Source of the DNA: Octopus sinensis
Taxonomy: Eukaryota
NCBI RefSeq assembly: GCF_006345805.1
Contig: NC_042997.1
Location: forward strand, 175,894,001 to 175,958,000
Direction: 5' to 3'
Length of the DNA: 64,000 nt
Shown here: positions 62,093-64,000 of the stretch, in pieces
How the letters are laid out: every line of letters starts with the position of its first letter
Position numbering within the stretch: position 1 is the stretch's first letter
The notes under the pieces: generated by a model
What the model saw: the letters and a program-made list of their open reading frames with translations, nothing else
Database searches by the model: none
Told to the model about the DNA's origin: nothing
Position numbers and translations under genes: made by a program

Positions 62093-62489
62093 TTCGGTTT
62101 GACCGGCAGTTTTTTAAAATAATTTCCACGTAACTAAACACTTTTAAACTTCGTATACTGGTAGAATGTGTTTATAAAACATCTTTTTCTCTTGGCTTTA
62201 TTGAGAAAATTCTATAGTTTGTAAGATGTTTGCTGATTTTTTTCTTCAATTTCTGCAATTTCAACCAATCAATGATGTCTATTGAGGTGAAAACATTCTG
62301 TGCCGTATGAATATGTCCCTCGTTTAAGAAACAGATTGGGTTTATTTACATTTGTGAAGAAAAAAAGATACCCTTCCCCCCACCCCTAACCCTAAAATAA
62401 AATGAAATGCAATAGATCGATACTAGGGTCATAATTATGGGTTACAATTTCGTATGACAACGCTAGAAAAAACTGCCGTTCAAACCGAA
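62093..62489. mobile_element. Element with 23-bp inverted termini and CCCTAACCCTAA module (Helentron-INE-like or MITE)
   Basis: TTCGGTTTGACCGGCAGTTTTTT / AAAAAACTGCCGTTCAAACCGAA (1 mismatch), followed by a T-run. Confidence 0.6.
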
Positions 62490-64000
62490 AAGATCCTTTT
62501 TTTTTTTTTTTTCAAAATATGCGAAAAAATACGGAGATTATGATTCTGAAAAAAAAATTTCCAAAAATTTTTCAGAATTTTTTTGTTTTTTTTCTTTTTT
62601 TTTTTTTTAAATATGCGGAAAAGTACGGAGATTATGATTGTGAAAAAAAATTGTACTCACGGTTAAGGTTAGGAAAAATAGTGAAAAATAAAGAAATTGG
62701 GGAGAAGGTGGGGGAGGGCGAATTTTCAAAATGCCGATGTTTGGCAACTTTCCAGAATCTCCGTATCCGAAAACGGGGGTTTTTGGCAAAAAAAAAAAAA
62801 AAAAATGGGGAGAAAATGGTGGGGAAGAAGTCTTTCCAGAAAGTGTTTTAGGAGGGGCTGGGGTGGGGAATTTCGGAAAATTCACCGGAGTCCAATTCGT
62901 CTTTTAAGAAAATGGATATTTTTAAATGAAATTCTCTACAAATATACCTCGGACTGTGTAGATTCCGAGGACAGGAATTTTGAAGAAAAATAATTAGGGG
63001 CTATTTTTGAGAACTGTTCCTCACTAGCGGGTGTTTTTGAACAAGTCCATATTTGTTTCATTTTCTCCGTTTCGTACGCTTGTGCATCCGTAGATTTCTA
63101 CTGAAGCGACAAACAGTTAATGAAGAAAACTCGTTATGCTAAAAATAACAGCTAAAGGTCTGGTACACAGAAATATGTTATTAAGACGACTTTGCGTTTA
63201 TTTATGTTTATGAACAAGATCGTCACTTTCCATAAAAATAAATTTTTTTTTTACATATGTGGGGGATCTTTTGAAGTCGGTGTAAAAGAGAAAGAGAGAG
63301 CGACTGGATCAGTGGAGCTATCTTTTGAAGTCGGTGTGCAGCGAAAGAATTGATGTGTGTGTGTGTTTGATGGGATGTGGTATGTATGTGAAGTTGTTTT
63401 GTTAGTGTGTATGTAAAGAGAGAGAGACAGAGACAGACAGATAACTGAATTTTTTTTTATTCACTTTTTGTAGTGAGTGAATGTGTGAGTGATTGACAGA
63501 GAGAGAGAGAGAGATTTTATATGTATGCACGAGTGAATGGCTTCAGTGACATGCACACACACACAGGTGTGTGTATATAAATATATATATATTATATATG
63601 AGCAAAACGCCCCTCCCCCGTCCAATGGACGGTGCTGAGTTGTTAAACATTTAAACCAAATTTTCTCAAAACAACTTGTCTGACAGTCCCATAGGCCTCC
63701 CCTTTGAGAAACACTGATTTAACCTAAATTTGAGACACCAGCAAAAGAAGAAATAAAAATAGACTTTTTTCCTATTCCAAAGAAAAACGATTTTATTCAC
63801 ACAAATATGCAACCAAAGAGTTTAAAGTACCAGTAATGATAAGGCTGTTGACTGGGAGAACGGTTTTATCGATCGCATTCTCACCTGGAATCGATTTTTA
63901 CAATCTTTTCAAGACTTATACACGCCCTGATACCGTCGGTATCTACATATCAAATTTGAGCGCAATCGGATGAAGGATGCCCGAGATCCTAGAAGACACA

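Noticed and set aside
63850-64000. Possible Helitron-like 3' region (AAATTTGAGCGCAATCGG...GAAGACACA) pairing with AATAACTAGACCCG at ~61343
   Set aside because: Truncated by the window end; termini cannot be verified

Overview
AT-rich, intron/intergenic-type eukaryotic DNA. The SINE families are ones I recognise from octopus, so the source is probably a coleoid cephalopod (inference; no search run). Most of the window is repeats: four SINE families (called A-D here), decayed or internally deleted DNA transposons (mariner, Tigger/pogo, maT-like Tc1/mariner, Tc2-like, hAT and piggyBac-type MITEs), Helitron elements, RTE, CR1 and Penelope-like remnants, and microsatellites. Nearly all ORFs in the supplied track are artefacts of these repeats. 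Host genes appear only as small candidate exons: a phase-consistent minus-strand model resembling a degenerate von Willebrand factor A domain (about 28.3 to 9.4 kb) and unidentified plus-strand exon sets (18-19, 27-31 and 39.5-49 kb). None can be named. The most interesting signal is two unrelated short repeat families that each fold into a minimal type I hammerhead ribozyme (24.7-24.9 kb; 41.1 and 50.1 kb). They sit next to (TA)n tracts, long foldback palindromes and a Penelope GIY-YIG remnant, which suggests Penelope/retrozyme-like self-cleaving retroelements. Also notable are twin perfect RFX X-boxes at 6.3-6.6 kb, the central (TA)n of SINE A acting as an insertion landing pad, and a sharp switch from CpG-depleted to CpG-rich DNA near 50 kb. 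No CRISPR array, rRNA or true tRNA gene was found.
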